64,000 bases of DNA from the NCBI GenBank assembly GCA_963674945.2, contig CAXXWQ010000004.1:2816001-2880000 (forward strand), in the 5' to 3' direction. The stretch is from an uncultured Desulfosarcina sp. GTDB lineage: Bacteria > Desulfobacterota > Desulfobacteria > Desulfobacterales > Desulfosarcinaceae. The translations under genes and the position numbers were made by a program. Shown here in pieces: positions 30,192-40,825 of the stretch (within the stretch, counting starts at the first letter, position 1; each line of letters begins with the position of its first letter). The notes below the pieces were generated by a model. That model had not been told where the DNA came from. It saw only the letters and a list, made by a program, of their open reading frames with translations, and made no database searches.

Positions 30192-31253
30192 ATGCAAGTG
30201 ACCATTACGAAAACCGACCAACGCAAACCCAAGCCGGATGAGGGCAAATTGGATTTCGGTACCATCTTTACAGATCACATGTTCAATATGGACTACAGCC
30301 TGGAAAAAGGTTGGCACAACCCCCGCATCGAACCCTATGCCCCCCTTGTAATGGAGCCATCCACCATGGTTCTCCATTATGGTCAGGGCGTCTTCGAGGG
30401 AATGAAAGCCTACCGAACCAAAGGTGGCGACATTCAACTGTTTCGCCCCCAGGAAAATTTCAAGCGGCTCAACACGTCCAACCGCAAACTCTGTATTCCC
30501 GAAATCGATGAAGCATTTGCCCTGGATGCACTCAAACAGCTGCTCACCGTTGAAAAGGAGTGGGTGCCCAGCCAGCCGGGAACGTCTTTGTACATCCGGC
30601 CGACCATCATCGCTACCGATCCGTTTTTGGGTGTTCGTGCGTCCCACACCTATCGTTTTTTCATCATCCTGTGTCCGGTGGGCGCCTATTATGCCGAGGG
30701 GTTTAACCCGGTCAAGATCATGGTGACCAGGGAGCATGTGCGCGCCGTACGCGGCGGTGTGGGGGACACCAAGACCATGGGTAACTATGCGGCCAGTCTG
30801 CTCGCCGGTGAAAAAGCGCATGACGAGGGATATACACAGGTGTTGTGGCTCGATGGTGTAGAGTTGAAATATATCGAGGAGGTCGGGTCCATGAACATCT
30901 TCTTCGTCCTCGACGACGAACTTGTCACCCCCATGCTCTCGGGCAGTATCTTGCCCGGCATCACCCGCGATTCGGTAATCCAGCTGGGACGGTCGTGGGG
31001 GCTTACGGTGACCGAAAGAAAGATCAGCATCGACGAACTGATGGAAGCCCACGAATCGGGCAAATTGAAAGAAATTTTCGGATCCGGCACGGCAGCCGTC
31101 ATCTCACCGGTAGGAGAGCTCAAATACGATGAAAGGGTGATCACCGTCGGCGAAGGTCAGGTGGGCCCCCTGGCCCATCGCTTCTTCCAGTCCATCCAGG
31201 ACATTCAATACGGTTCCATCGAAGGCCCTGAAGGGTGGGTGGTAAGAATCTAA
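30192..31253 (+). CDS. ilvE: Branched-chain amino acid aminotransferase
   Basis: LHYGQGVFEGMKAY, KTMGNYA, EEVGSMN, ILPGITR, GSGTAAVISP. Confidence 0.95.
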   Translation: MQVTITKTDQRKPKPDEGKLDFGTIFTDHMFNMDYSLEKGWHNPRIEPYAPLVMEPSTMVLHYGQGVFEGMKAYRTKGGDIQLFRPQENFKRLNTSNRKLCIPEIDEAFALDALKQLLTVEKEWVPSQPGTSLYIRPTIIATDPFLGVRASHTYRFFIILCPVGAYYAEGFNPVKIMVTREHVRAVRGGVGDTKTMGNYAASLLAGEKAHDEGYTQVLWLDGVELKYIEEVGSMNIFFVLDDELVTPMLSGSILPGITRDSVIQLGRSWGLTVTERKISIDELMEAHESGKLKEIFGSGTAAVISPVGELKYDERVITVGEGQVGPLAHRFFQSIQDIQYGSIEGPEGWVVRI

Positions 31254-31339
31254 CACGCACCCATCCGGAAACGGGAAATTGTGTTTATCCCAGAAAAGCT
31301 TCCACTAAGTAAGGGATGGACAAAGACAAGGGAGGTTGA

Positions 31340-32212
31340 ATGAAAATCAGAAAAGCTGTGTTCCCCGTCGCAGGCTTGGGAACCCGATTCTTACCGGCAA
31401 CCAAAGCCATGGCCAAGGAAATGCTTCCCATCGTGGACAAACCCCTGATTCAATATGCCGTGGAAGAGGCATATGAATCGGGCATTACTGAAATCATCTT
31501 CGTGACCGGCGCCGGTAAGAATGCCATCGAGAATCACTTCGACCACTCCTGCGAGCTGGAGCACATGCTGATGTCACGGGGAAAGGACGCCCAGCTCAAG
31601 ATGATCCATGACCTGATCCCCGAGTCCGGTTCGATCATTTACACCCGCCAGAACCAACCGTTGGGCCTGGGCCATGCGATCTGGTGTGCCCGAAACATCG
31701 TGGGCAACGAACCTTTCGCCGTATTGTTGGCAGATGACCTGATCAAGGCCGAAAAACCGGTGTTGAAACAGATGATTGAAAAATTCGACGAACTGCAGTC
31801 CTCCATCGTCTCGGTGGTGGAGGTTGAGAAAAAGGACACCAGCAAATACGGCATTCTGGAAGCCGATCCACTGGTCGACAGCGTTACGAAGATACGCGGC
31901 CTCGTGGAAAAACCAAAGCCGGAGAAGGCGCCCTCCAACCTGGCGATCATCGGCCGGTATATTCTAACCCCCGAAATCTTCGACATCCTGGATAACAAAG
32001 AAGTGGGCGCGGGCGGTGAAATCCAGATCACAGACGCCATGTGCAGACTCCTCGAGACCCAGCAGATCTATGGGTATCGATACGAAGGTACCCGCTTCGA
32101 CTGCGGCAACAAGGCCGGATTTCAGATGGCCAACATCTCCTTTTCCTTAGATCGCCCGGACATGCGCGATCGCCTGTTGCCGTTTATCCGTGATCTGATG
32201 AAAACCTTATAA
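31340..32212 (+). CDS. galU: UTP-glucose-1-phosphate uridylyltransferase
   Basis: KAVFPVAGLGTRFLPATKA..KEMLP, GLGHA, VEKP, GEIQITDA. Confidence 0.95.
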   Translation: MKIRKAVFPVAGLGTRFLPATKAMAKEMLPIVDKPLIQYAVEEAYESGITEIIFVTGAGKNAIENHFDHSCELEHMLMSRGKDAQLKMIHDLIPESGSIIYTRQNQPLGLGHAIWCARNIVGNEPFAVLLADDLIKAEKPVLKQMIEKFDELQSSIVSVVEVEKKDTSKYGILEADPLVDSVTKIRGLVEKPKPEKAPSNLAIIGRYILTPEIFDILDNKEVGAGGEIQITDAMCRLLETQQIYGYRYEGTRFDCGNKAGFQMANISFSLDRPDMRDRLLPFIRDLMKTL

Positions 32213-32304
32213 CGAAGTGAAGCCAACCGTCCTCCCAACGCCCCTTCTCTCCTTGGGAGGACGAACCCGTTTCTGAAAACCGATCTCCCTTCTGATGTCG
32301 ACGC

Positions 32305-34920
32305 TCAATCATCATCGGAAAGGGAAACATGTGCATGCTCGCCGACGTGGGCCAGGGCTGTTTGGCAATGGTCGCCTTGCGCCGTGGCACGATCGAGCGC
32401 CCCTTTGATCAGCACCGACAGCCCTCCCGTCATGAACGCGGCGCCACCGGTCAACAGCGTTCCTTTTTTATTGAGCCCGACACCGGGATGGGCCAGTGTC
32501 CCTTTCAGCTTGATAAACGGCGTCACGAACATGTCTGCGCTGATACCGACACCGGATCGGGGCTTGGTGTTGAATTCGATGTCGAGTTTTTCCGTTTTCA
32601 GATCGATGGTTCCGCCACCCACAATCATGATTTTTTCCTGCTGGACCAAAAGGCCGTCGATCGTGGCGAGACCATCGACGATGGGAACGCTGAGCACGGT
32701 ACAGTCCCAATTCGTAAAAGATTCTTTCGCACGGAAGGGATTCAACGCATTTATCAATTGAGCGATAATGTCACTGGAAAACATCCCCAGCATGGTGTTG
32801 TTGGTTTTACCCGGACCCTGGGTGAGAAGAACGCGGCCATTGGCGGAGGAGGCCAGTTCCCGTGGAGAACGTCCCGCTGACTTGAGTTCAACTGTCAAAC
32901 TGACAGGGGGTACTTCCTCCAGATCGATTCCTTCTGCGAGAAGGGCCATCCGATAATCTGACACACTGACGATTGCATCTACTTCGGCCCTGTTTTCCCG
33001 TGTCGCCAACACCATTTTGCCGGCCATGACCCCTTTGCTTGCCGATTTCAGGGAAAACGTTGCGTCTGCCTTACCGTTTTGCAGCGTTGCACCCGCCATC
33101 ATGTCCTTCAAGTCTACGTTCCCGTATAAAACATGCCCCAGACGAATTTTGGCGTCCAGGTCAAGCGCTTGCAACGGCGCCAACTGCAAGGGTGTGTTCT
33201 TAAAAACGTAGGGGTCGGTCGACTGATGTTCTGCATCGGGTGATGGCGCAGATTCCGAGGGTGCCCTTGCCCCTTTTCCGCCGGCGTCAGCCGATCTGCC
33301 AAAGGGACGAAGGTCCAGCAAAGAGGATGTCAAATTAACATCGATTTTCTTCTTCTCTTCCAAAACCATCTTGAAATCGCCGGCAAGGTCACTTTTATCG
33401 AATTTGAGCGAAAGCCCGGTAACGGCAATGTTCTTGGGTGCGTATTGGACAGCGGCGTTTGTTCTCAAATCAATGTTTGGCAAGGACGCCATCAACGTAC
33501 GCAGGTCGGGACTCGTAAAAGAAAAAGATACGTTTGATGGATCCGCCGCACCGATATGCCCGTTTGCCACCAGATGGTTGTCTCCGATGTCGGCTTTCAA
33601 TTGTTTGATCTCAAACGCATTTGACGACAACAGCGTTGCCTGGCATTTCAAGCGTAACGGCTCATCGGTGACACCTTGCATGTCAAATAATTCGCCAATC
33701 CGTCGAAGTGGGGAAACCTTGGATTTCAGGTCCAATTGGCTGTCCTTCAAAGAAGCACCCACAGCGGTGGAAATGCCGTCAACATCGGCCGTGATGTTCG
33801 CCTTGCAGGCCTCATCGTCGAAGGTGACCGTTGCATCCGCAGACAAGAGGCCGGTGAACGGCAGATCGACTTCAAAGGCCCCGAGGGTCTTTTTCATTTC
33901 ATCCACCCGGAGATTGATTCGAACAGTTTCCAATGATGCCCCCGCGATGGTTGTCGTGGCCTGTGCATCGATGCCTTCCAAACGTGTCTTGGCCGACACG
34001 TCGAGCCCCTTTTCAGCCGAACGTGCAGAAAAGTCCGCTGTGAGTTTTCCGCCAAGGGGGAAGCGAATATCTGCCTTTTCAAGGGTCTTTTGAACATCCG
34101 GAACAACGAGGTGGAGATTGCTGTCGAGATCGGCCAGGGTTTTCAACTCGCCGGTATGAACGTTTCCGGTCATTCGAACATCGCCTGAAGAGACCCGTAT
34201 GTCCGCAGTTACCGCTCCGTGCGCCTTGACCGATGGTTTGGAGGTGATCCTTCCGTCGATTTTCATGGGAAACGCAAGCACGTTGCCGGTAGCATGAACG
34301 AGGATGTCATCGTTATCGTCGGAGTTGCCATCCAGGGTGGTGAGGTGGAAAATCCGGTCCTTTTTTTTCGGCTCTCGCAGGGTGACGGATATATTTTTGA
34401 ACTGGACGAAATCGACCATCACCGGAAGATGAAAACGAAGTTCTTGTTTGGGTTCCGCTTTTTTCTTGGATTTCTCCGTAATCGACTTTTCTGAAGAATC
34501 GGACACTCCCATCGACCAGTTACCGACTCGTTGATCGTTTTTTTCCAATACCGCGTTCACATCGGTAAGGATAACGCGCCTCACGACGATCATGTCCGTA
34601 AACAGAGATAGAAAATCAATGGAAGCGTCGAAGTGACCCACACGGATCATCTCCGGTTCGGTTCCCCATGGGGCGTTGGCCAGGGAGATCTCTGAGAGGG
34701 CAATCTCGGGATGTGGAAACACATTCACATCGAGATGGCCCTGGATCTTTAGTTGTCGGTCAATCGCCCGGGTGGCGATTTTTTCGATGCTGCTGCGGAA
34801 GGAATCGAGATTGGCAAAATGGAGAAACGCCGTAGCGGCAACCAGAATGCCGATTACGATGAAAAAGAGAAGAACCAATGCTTTTTTCAATATTTTCAAC
34901 AAGACCTCCGAATGTTTCAC
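32305..34920 (-). CDS. AsmA-family protein
   Basis: N-terminal TM, LANAPWG motif, long beta-rich body, AsmA-like C-terminus (GGGTIDLKTEKLDI). Confidence 0.8.
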   Translation of the reverse strand: MKHSEVLLKILKKALVLLFFIVIGILVAATAFLHFANLDSFRSSIEKIATRAIDRQLKIQGHLDVNVFPHPEIALSEISLANAPWGTEPEMIRVGHFDASIDFLSLFTDMIVVRRVILTDVNAVLEKNDQRVGNWSMGVSDSSEKSITEKSKKKAEPKQELRFHLPVMVDFVQFKNISVTLREPKKKDRIFHLTTLDGNSDDNDDILVHATGNVLAFPMKIDGRITSKPSVKAHGAVTADIRVSSGDVRMTGNVHTGELKTLADLDSNLHLVVPDVQKTLEKADIRFPLGGKLTADFSARSAEKGLDVSAKTRLEGIDAQATTTIAGASLETVRINLRVDEMKKTLGAFEVDLPFTGLLSADATVTFDDEACKANITADVDGISTAVGASLKDSQLDLKSKVSPLRRIGELFDMQGVTDEPLRLKCQATLLSSNAFEIKQLKADIGDNHLVANGHIGAADPSNVSFSFTSPDLRTLMASLPNIDLRTNAAVQYAPKNIAVTGLSLKFDKSDLAGDFKMVLEEKKKIDVNLTSSLLDLRPFGRSADAGGKGARAPSESAPSPDAEHQSTDPYVFKNTPLQLAPLQALDLDAKIRLGHVLYGNVDLKDMMAGATLQNGKADATFSLKSASKGVMAGKMVLATRENRAEVDAIVSVSDYRMALLAEGIDLEEVPPVSLTVELKSAGRSPRELASSANGRVLLTQGPGKTNNTMLGMFSSDIIAQLINALNPFRAKESFTNWDCTVLSVPIVDGLATIDGLLVQQEKIMIVGGGTIDLKTEKLDIEFNTKPRSGVGISADMFVTPFIKLKGTLAHPGVGLNKKGTLLTGGAAFMTGGLSVLIKGALDRATAQGDHCQTALAHVGEHAHVSLSDDD

Positions 34921-34979
34921 GCACGGTAGACAATCCGCGGTGATTTTATGATCCAGCCTGACGATTTTTGTAATAAATG

Positions 34980-36061
34980 TTATCCAGCCGGGATTGTCAC
35001 AAGTGGCAGCCCTTCGCTTCCACCGGTCTCCGTCAAAGAAAAGAGAACCATGAGAAAGGTGAAGGTTCGTTTGGATCGAAAGTCCGTTTTATCGATCCAA
35101 AACCAATGATCTTCGTATTTGATTGCCGTAAACGGGTCTTTGGGTTTGCTTTCGGTACAATTGACCGAGATCAGTCGCCCGAGTTCACCACCTTCTCCTT
35201 CAGAAGGCGCCAGCGAGGGGATCGTGCGGCCATCTTCCACATGGGCGTCAGGAACCTGGATCTGTGTCGACAGATCGACCATGATCTGAAGAATCGATCG
35301 GGTGAGAATGGCCATTTCATTTTTCATTTTTGGGATCGGTCCGTAGGTGACGGTAAATTGCTGTGCTTCCGATTCCAAGCCCAACAGCGACTTGAAACGA
35401 CGAATTGCCGCCAGGGTTTCGGGCTTGATGTTCTTACTATGAAAAAAAGCAGAACCGTGGTCTCTTTCTGATCGTTCTCTTTGACGATGCGCATGCTCAC
35501 GGCACCGGATTGCTGGATCTCGGTCAAGGCTCTCACCAGGTCGTAGTATTCCGGGTCCCCCTCTCGCTGGTGAACACCACCGGCCTTACGGCTGTGAAGT
35601 CCGTTGATGGACTCGACGACCACAGGAAAAATCATGTTGGCACTCCATCCGGACTGCGTCAAAAACAATACGGCTTTTGGGGGAATGGGGGTCATGAAAT
35701 TCTCGTTGAATTTTGCACCGGTAATGGGGGAATAAGTAATCGTGGGCCGATCCGTGTATTTACCCGTGGTACCCAAAGCAAGGAAATCCCCCTGCACCGC
35801 CGATTCCGAGGAGACAGTGCCGTTAAGATTGACCGATCCCTCCATGGTGTAACCGCTCACCACCGAAGCCACCTCCACGAAAAGCGGCATGTCCGCGTAA
35901 CGCAACTTGACGATGTTTAAAAGCGTCTGTTCTTTCCAGGAGTTGGAGATGGCCGTATTGTAGTCGAAACGATCCCTGGGAACGGTAGGCGGTCCGATAT
36001 GGGAACAACCGGAAAACCAAAGGATAAGGATTGCCGCAGGCAAATAATATCGAAGGGTCAT
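34980..36061 (-). pseudogene. Hypothetical lipoprotein split by a 1-nt frameshift in a T7 run
   Basis: Lipobox FSGC; reading shifts frame at A7 (35442-35448, + strand); one extra base joins ORFs 35324-36061 and 34980-35384. Confidence 0.75.
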
Positions 36062-36595
36062 AATCGGTCTCCTCCATCAGTAATTTTTTCATGGGCACCC
36101 TCCTGTGGTTTTGTCGGCGACAGATCGCTTTTTTTGCCTCGACGCCGGTGGTTGAAAGAATGCGCTGATCACAAAAATTAAGGCTTTCTCTGGGAAATGA
36201 TGACAAAACCGATCACACCAATTCCCAACAGCAACAAAATCAAGTTTAATGACACGAAGAAACCTCATCGATAGAACAAACGCCTGGTGCCGCCGATCGG
36301 GTTGTCATCATTGATTTCGAGAAAGCGGCCCGGAAAAGATGCAACAAGCAGTGTTCGCTGCAGACGGTAAAAATGTGAATTAGAGGAGGAGAGTTTGCTC
36401 TGCTTGAATGCTGAAAGCACGAATATAATAGATCCGCTGTGCCGGTCAAGATTTTTTAAATGGAGCCCAATGGAGATCTTCTATGTGGCAGGAGAGGGAG
36501 GGGATAGATCCTTATTCATCCGGTTGGATGAAACATGACACAAACGGCTACATGACGGTAGTTGCAGAAGGGGAAAAGGCATGACTTGTGAAATA

Positions 36596-36649
36596 GAGGG
36601 ACCGGTCTTGATGGTAGTGGTCCACACCTACATCAAGACCGGTACCCTC
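36596..36649. terminator. Long inverted repeat downstream of metF (probable terminator)
   Basis: gagggaccggtcttgatg...catcaagaccggtaccctc. Confidence 0.55.
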
Positions 36650-36684
36650 ACGATTTGATGAAATCTTTAAATACTCGATTTTCG

Positions 36685-36809
36685 GACGGCTTCGTAAAAA
36701 GTTCGAGAGCAAGGCTTGCGAGTCCCGGGGAATGAAGCGTATATTTGGATACGTCGCAGTGACGAGGGGTGAATCGTAACACCGATATCGGACTTTTTAC
36801 GAAGCCGTC
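36685..36809 (+). repeat. Full palindromic repeat (MITE/REP-like), copy A
   Basis: Terminal inverted repeats GACGGCTTCGTAAAAAG / CTTTTTACGAAGCCGTC. Confidence 0.85.
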
Positions 36810-36815
36810 AATGAT

Positions 36816-37712
36816 TTAAATGGCAATCCTCGCCTCCTGTAATATCTTGGGCACGATATCGGCCCACCCCAATGGCATGAGATGAACGCCCTGTACCATA
36901 TCCTTGATCTCAGACAGAAACCGGCCCATCATCTCCGCCGCCTTCATTTTTCGATCTTTCTTTTCCACGCTGCCGATTTCATCGATCCAGGATTGGGGCA
37001 CCTGGATGCCGGAAACGTTGTCATTCATGAATTTTCCCATCTGGGGAGATTTGAGTACAACCAATCCGACCTGAATCGGAACGTTCAATTTGGATGCCTC
37101 GTCGATGAAGGCTTCGAAAACCTTTCGATCATATACCGCCTGGGTCTGAAAGAATTCCGCGCCGGCATCGACCTTCTTCTTCATCTTTAACAGTTGCAAT
37201 TCCAGCGGCTCAAAATTGGGATTCACCACGGCGCCGTAGGCCATGTCGGGCGGATTCTCGATGGGATTTCCCGTGATGTCGTGGCCGTTTCTCAGCCCCA
37301 TTGCCATGGAGATCAGCTGCACCGAGTCCAGATCGAAGACCGGTTTGGCCTCCTTGTGGTCGCCCAGTTGGATGTGATCGCCGGTGATCAAAAGTACGTT
37401 ATCGATCCCCAGCGAGTATGCTGTGAGCAGATCGCTTTGCAGGGCGATACGGTTGCGGTCCCGGCAGGTGAGTTGGTAGACCGGTTCGATGCCTTTCTGT
37501 TTCAAGCCAACACTGGCGGCCAGGGAACCCAGCCGCATCACCGCGCTCTGGTTGTCGGTGACGTTGACGGCATGGACCCAGCCTTGCAGATATTTGGCCT
37601 CCTGGGTACAGGCCGGATCGATGGATTTATCCCGGTTGACGGCCCCTTTGATCGGTCCCACCTCACCTGTGACGACGAATTCGCCTTTATTGAAAAGGTC
37701 GGTCAGTTTCAT
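36816..37712 (-). CDS. metF: Methylenetetrahydrofolate reductase, flavin subunit
   Basis: NVTDNQ, QLTCRDRNRIALQSDL, ITGDH, GAEFFQTQAVYD. Confidence 0.93.
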   Translation of the reverse strand: MKLTDLFNKGEFVVTGEVGPIKGAVNRDKSIDPACTQEAKYLQGWVHAVNVTDNQSAVMRLGSLAASVGLKQKGIEPVYQLTCRDRNRIALQSDLLTAYSLGIDNVLLITGDHIQLGDHKEAKPVFDLDSVQLISMAMGLRNGHDITGNPIENPPDMAYGAVVNPNFEPLELQLLKMKKKVDAGAEFFQTQAVYDRKVFEAFIDEASKLNVPIQVGLVVLKSPQMGKFMNDNVSGIQVPQSWIDEIGSVEKKDRKMKAAEMMGRFLSEIKDMVQGVHLMPLGWADIVPKILQEARIAI

Positions 37713-37775
37713 TATTCGACTCCTAAATTTAATTACTCAGACTCCTCACGATTTGGAACCAAACCAGATTAACCG

Positions 37776-37836
37776 CGAGATCAAGGATTGCGCGCCTGGA
37801 GGAGCAACGCGTACACATCGTAAGCCGCAGCGACGA
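37776..37836 (+). repeat. Degenerate internal fragment of the palindromic repeat, between metV and metF
   Basis: cgagatcaaggattgcg...gcgtacacatcgtaagccgcagcgacga aligns with the interior of the 52524 copy. Confidence 0.65.
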
Positions 37837-37863
37837 TAGGCGACGTGTCTTCATATGGCGTCG

Positions 37864-38583
37864 TCAGTCCTGGTTGCTGACGGTCACCGTCCCCGCCTGG
37901 GAACAGAAGGTGGCTTCGGTTTCACTGACCTCCAGGGTCCTGGGACGGCTCCACTTGGCATGGTTTTTCGGTTTCTGGTAGGGGTCCAGCAGTTCGAGCC
38001 GGTCCAGCTTTTTAAGCCGTTCATAGATCATGACCCATCCGCAGGGACGCTCCTTGTCGACCTCACACATGCCCTTTTCCGCACCGCCGCAAGGCCCATT
38101 AAGCAGTTGTTTGGAACATAGGGTCATGGGACACAGCCCCCCGGTAAATTCAATCACGCACTCCCCGCAAAGGGAGCAGTACTCCTCGATGTCCGTGGCC
38201 GAGACGGTTTCCCCGCCAAAAATGGTATCGCAGCCCGGGTGCACCATGCCGCCTTCTGTGGCGTCGATTACCGTGTGAACCCCTTGTCCACACCCCATCA
38301 CCAGGAAGCTGTCCGCCTTGGCAATGGTGTCCGCATAATCCTCCTGAAGCACTTTTTTCGTGTGATCCAGCTTGCACAGGGACATGCCCTGGGGGCCGGG
38401 AACCGCATATCCCACAACCTCGATACCACGCCGGGTCAGGCGCTCGGCCATCTTTTGGGTTTCTTCCTCACCGCCGGAGTGGCATTTCCAGGCGCAGTTA
38501 TTACAGCCAACCACGAAGACCTTCTCTCGGGGCCGGATAAAACTGACAATTTCTTCGATCGGTTTTTGTATGGTAGCATGCAT
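37864..38583 (-). CDS. metV: MTHFR Fe-S/Zn subunit (MetV)
   Basis: GCNNCAWKC, CSLCGEC, GLCPMTLCSKQLLNGPCGG, CEV...CGW; adjacent to metF. Confidence 0.88.
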   Translation of the reverse strand: MHATIQKPIEEIVSFIRPREKVFVVGCNNCAWKCHSGGEEETQKMAERLTRRGIEVVGYAVPGPQGMSLCKLDHTKKVLQEDYADTIAKADSFLVMGCGQGVHTVIDATEGGMVHPGCDTIFGGETVSATDIEEYCSLCGECVIEFTGGLCPMTLCSKQLLNGPCGGAEKGMCEVDKERPCGWVMIYERLKKLDRLELLDPYQKPKNHAKWSRPRTLEVSETEATFCSQAGTVTVSNQD

Positions 38584-38600
38584 ATTCTCATCCTATCTTG

Positions 38601-39308
38601 TCAATTTCTAAAGAATACAGGTTCATAGACAACCTGCGCCGCTTCAAATTCATCATAGAGCAGCCGCAGGCGATGATTGGCGACATCCATTTTTTTCGCC
38701 TTTTCCTCATGTTCCTTGTCCATTGGGTAGCAGGCCAGGCAGCGCTCATAATGGTGGGTGGTGCCAAGACAGGTGATGGCGAAATCGACCATCAAGAAAA
38801 TCATCTTCTGTTTGTGATTGGCAAAATGTTCGACGGCCGGGACGAATTCGATCTGGGGCAAAACAGATACCGAATTGTCTTCCTTTGCCATGGTAATATA
38901 ATCATGAATCACCATGGTGGGGCCGTGGGTCTCCTGGACGCCTTCGAACTTGACGGTCATCTCTTCCAGGGTGAACAATTTCTTTTCAATAACGATCCCG
39001 GCCTGTTCGAGTTTGCGGTAGTCCTTTTGCAGATAACGATTGGCGATCATGACGGCCTGGGAGACGTGAGGGCAAAGGTTGTTGGGACAGCCGCGCGCAT
39101 AACATTTACGGAAACCATAGGCTTGCCCATCGATTTCACCGGTGTATCGGCACAGGAAAATAAGCGCCTGAAACGGGTTTTCACGGTGTTGAAAATCCAC
39201 GGGCAGAATTTCGAATTCGGTCCCACATGTGACAGACGCCCCCCTGGTGATCAAGGTCACCAGATCGGTGATGCGATTCGGATGGGTGGTTTGAGATGGA
39301 AGATTCAT
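38601..39308 (-). CDS. Cys-containing hypothetical protein
   Basis: Long ORF co-oriented in the operon; KCYARGCPNNLCPH and ERCLAC motifs. Confidence 0.75.
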   Translation of the reverse strand: MNLPSQTTHPNRITDLVTLITRGASVTCGTEFEILPVDFQHRENPFQALIFLCRYTGEIDGQAYGFRKCYARGCPNNLCPHVSQAVMIANRYLQKDYRKLEQAGIVIEKKLFTLEEMTVKFEGVQETHGPTMVIHDYITMAKEDNSVSVLPQIEFVPAVEHFANHKQKMIFLMVDFAITCLGTTHHYERCLACYPMDKEHEEKAKKMDVANHRLRLLYDEFEAAQVVYEPVFFRN

Positions 39309-39414
39309 GTTTTGCGTCCTCGCTTGCCTGAGCTCCCGAAAATGGGTATCCCGGGAGTCGATATTGTTGCGCCGGCTTCCATGTTATGGGTTCTTTTCCA
39401 TGAAAAGAAATTTT

Positions 39415-39789
39415 CTAATACGTGAAGACGGCATCGGCGGCAATGGCGGCAAGATTCACCTGACCGCCGGCAGTTATCTCGGCACCCTCGATGAGGTCGT
39501 TTTCTGCGATATTGCGACTCTCGATGCAGGGCATACAAACCCATACTTTTCCGCCGAGTTCCACGAAGTCCTGGATGAGTTTTTTGATGGGCGGAAAGCC
39601 CCCTCCCCGCGGCATGTCGTCGACAAATCCCTTCTTCGCCACAAAAACGGCCTCACCCTGCAATATGACCGTGGCCTGGACATCCATGGCCAGAGCGGCA
39701 TTGCCCAAGACAAAGGGCATGGCCGCCCTTTCCAAATCCTCTTTTCCGTGGGTGGAAATATACAAAATCTTCTCTGCTTTTTCTTCCAT
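39415..39789 (-). CDS. DsrE-family sulfur-relay protein
   Basis: ERAAMPF...A.AMD, LQGEAV, VCMPCIESR. Confidence 0.85.
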   Translation of the reverse strand: MEEKAEKILYISTHGKEDLERAAMPFVLGNAALAMDVQATVILQGEAVFVAKKGFVDDMPRGGGFPPIKKLIQDFVELGGKVWVCMPCIESRNIAENDLIEGAEITAGGQVNLAAIAADAVFTY

Positions 39790-39897
39790 GGATATACTCC
39801 TTTATTCCAATATTTATAATTGGTGTTCTCGTAAAAAGGTCATTTTAATCTGTATTTATGAACGAATTCCTTTGAAGTCTCTGTTCGGACGAATCCG

Positions 39898-40824
39898 TCA
39901 TAATTGGCCCACGAGCACGCTCGATAAGTCCTCCACCGCAGCCCCCGATTTCTGAAGGTTACCCAAACAGATTGGGCACATGGCGACAATCTTCTCTCCG
40001 GTATCATTCAGCTCTTCTACCCGTCTGCCGCCGATCTCCGTAGAAAGTTTGGGAGAAATGGACTCTGCGGGCCCTCCACAACAATTGGTGAAACGGCCAG
40101 AAGTTCTCACTTTAGTGCACGCGACACCGATCTTTCCCAAAAGTGTCGCCGGGACATCTGCCAGATCCAGGTAACGACCATAAAAGCAGGGATCGTGGAG
40201 GGTGACCCGCCGGTTACCGTTCTTGGACGTAAAATCGACGAGTTCAAAATAGGTGTGAACCTCGAAATGGGCATCCACATGTTTGGGGAACAGTACTTTA
40301 AGGGCATAGGTGGTATGGGGGTCGACGGTGATGAGGCTGCGAATCCCTGCAGATTTCAGCTTTTGTGCCACATATCGGGCATGGTCGACAAACCCCTGTT
40401 GGTCGCCAAGATCATAGAGCAGCACGCCACTGTAATCGTCCATCTCCGGTCGGTAGAAGAAATTGACGTTGGATGCCCGAAGGACTTTGGCGATGTTGCG
40501 CAAAATGGCGTCGAAGGCTTTTTTCTTCTCCGGAGGGGTGATCATGGCCAGCCCCACCCCGGATAAATAACCGGGTACATGGCGCGCGTATCCCATATAG
40601 TCGGCCCAGCGTGTATCTTCAAATTGCCCCAGCGCATTCGTGGTGGTCTCGATATAGGGGACGAACTGATACATCATGCCGGTGAACAGCATTGCCTTGC
40701 CGTGTCGGGGTAGCTTTAACCCTTTGTGCCAGCGATTGATCATGAACCGTGGAACCCCGAACGGGTTCCGCGTCTGCCGAACATTATTGCCGATGATGTC
40801 GATGATATGTTTGGGGTGATACAT
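39898..40824 (-). CDS. HdrB/HdrD-like CCG-domain Fe-S protein
   Basis: HDPCF, CCGG and CPIC in the C-terminal half; N-terminal CCG domain degenerate. Confidence 0.8.
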   Translation of the reverse strand: MYHPKHIIDIIGNNVRQTRNPFGVPRFMINRWHKGLKLPRHGKAMLFTGMMYQFVPYIETTTNALGQFEDTRWADYMGYARHVPGYLSGVGLAMITPPEKKKAFDAILRNIAKVLRASNVNFFYRPEMDDYSGVLLYDLGDQQGFVDHARYVAQKLKSAGIRSLITVDPHTTYALKVLFPKHVDAHFEVHTYFELVDFTSKNGNRRVTLHDPCFYGRYLDLADVPATLLGKIGVACTKVRTSGRFTNCCGGPAESISPKLSTEIGGRRVEELNDTGEKIVAMCPICLGNLQKSGAAVEDLSSVLVGQL

Positions 40825-40825
40825 G

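Noticed and set aside
36685..36809. Palindromic repeats as autonomous IS elements
   Set aside because: Too short, and no transposase ORF is present in the window
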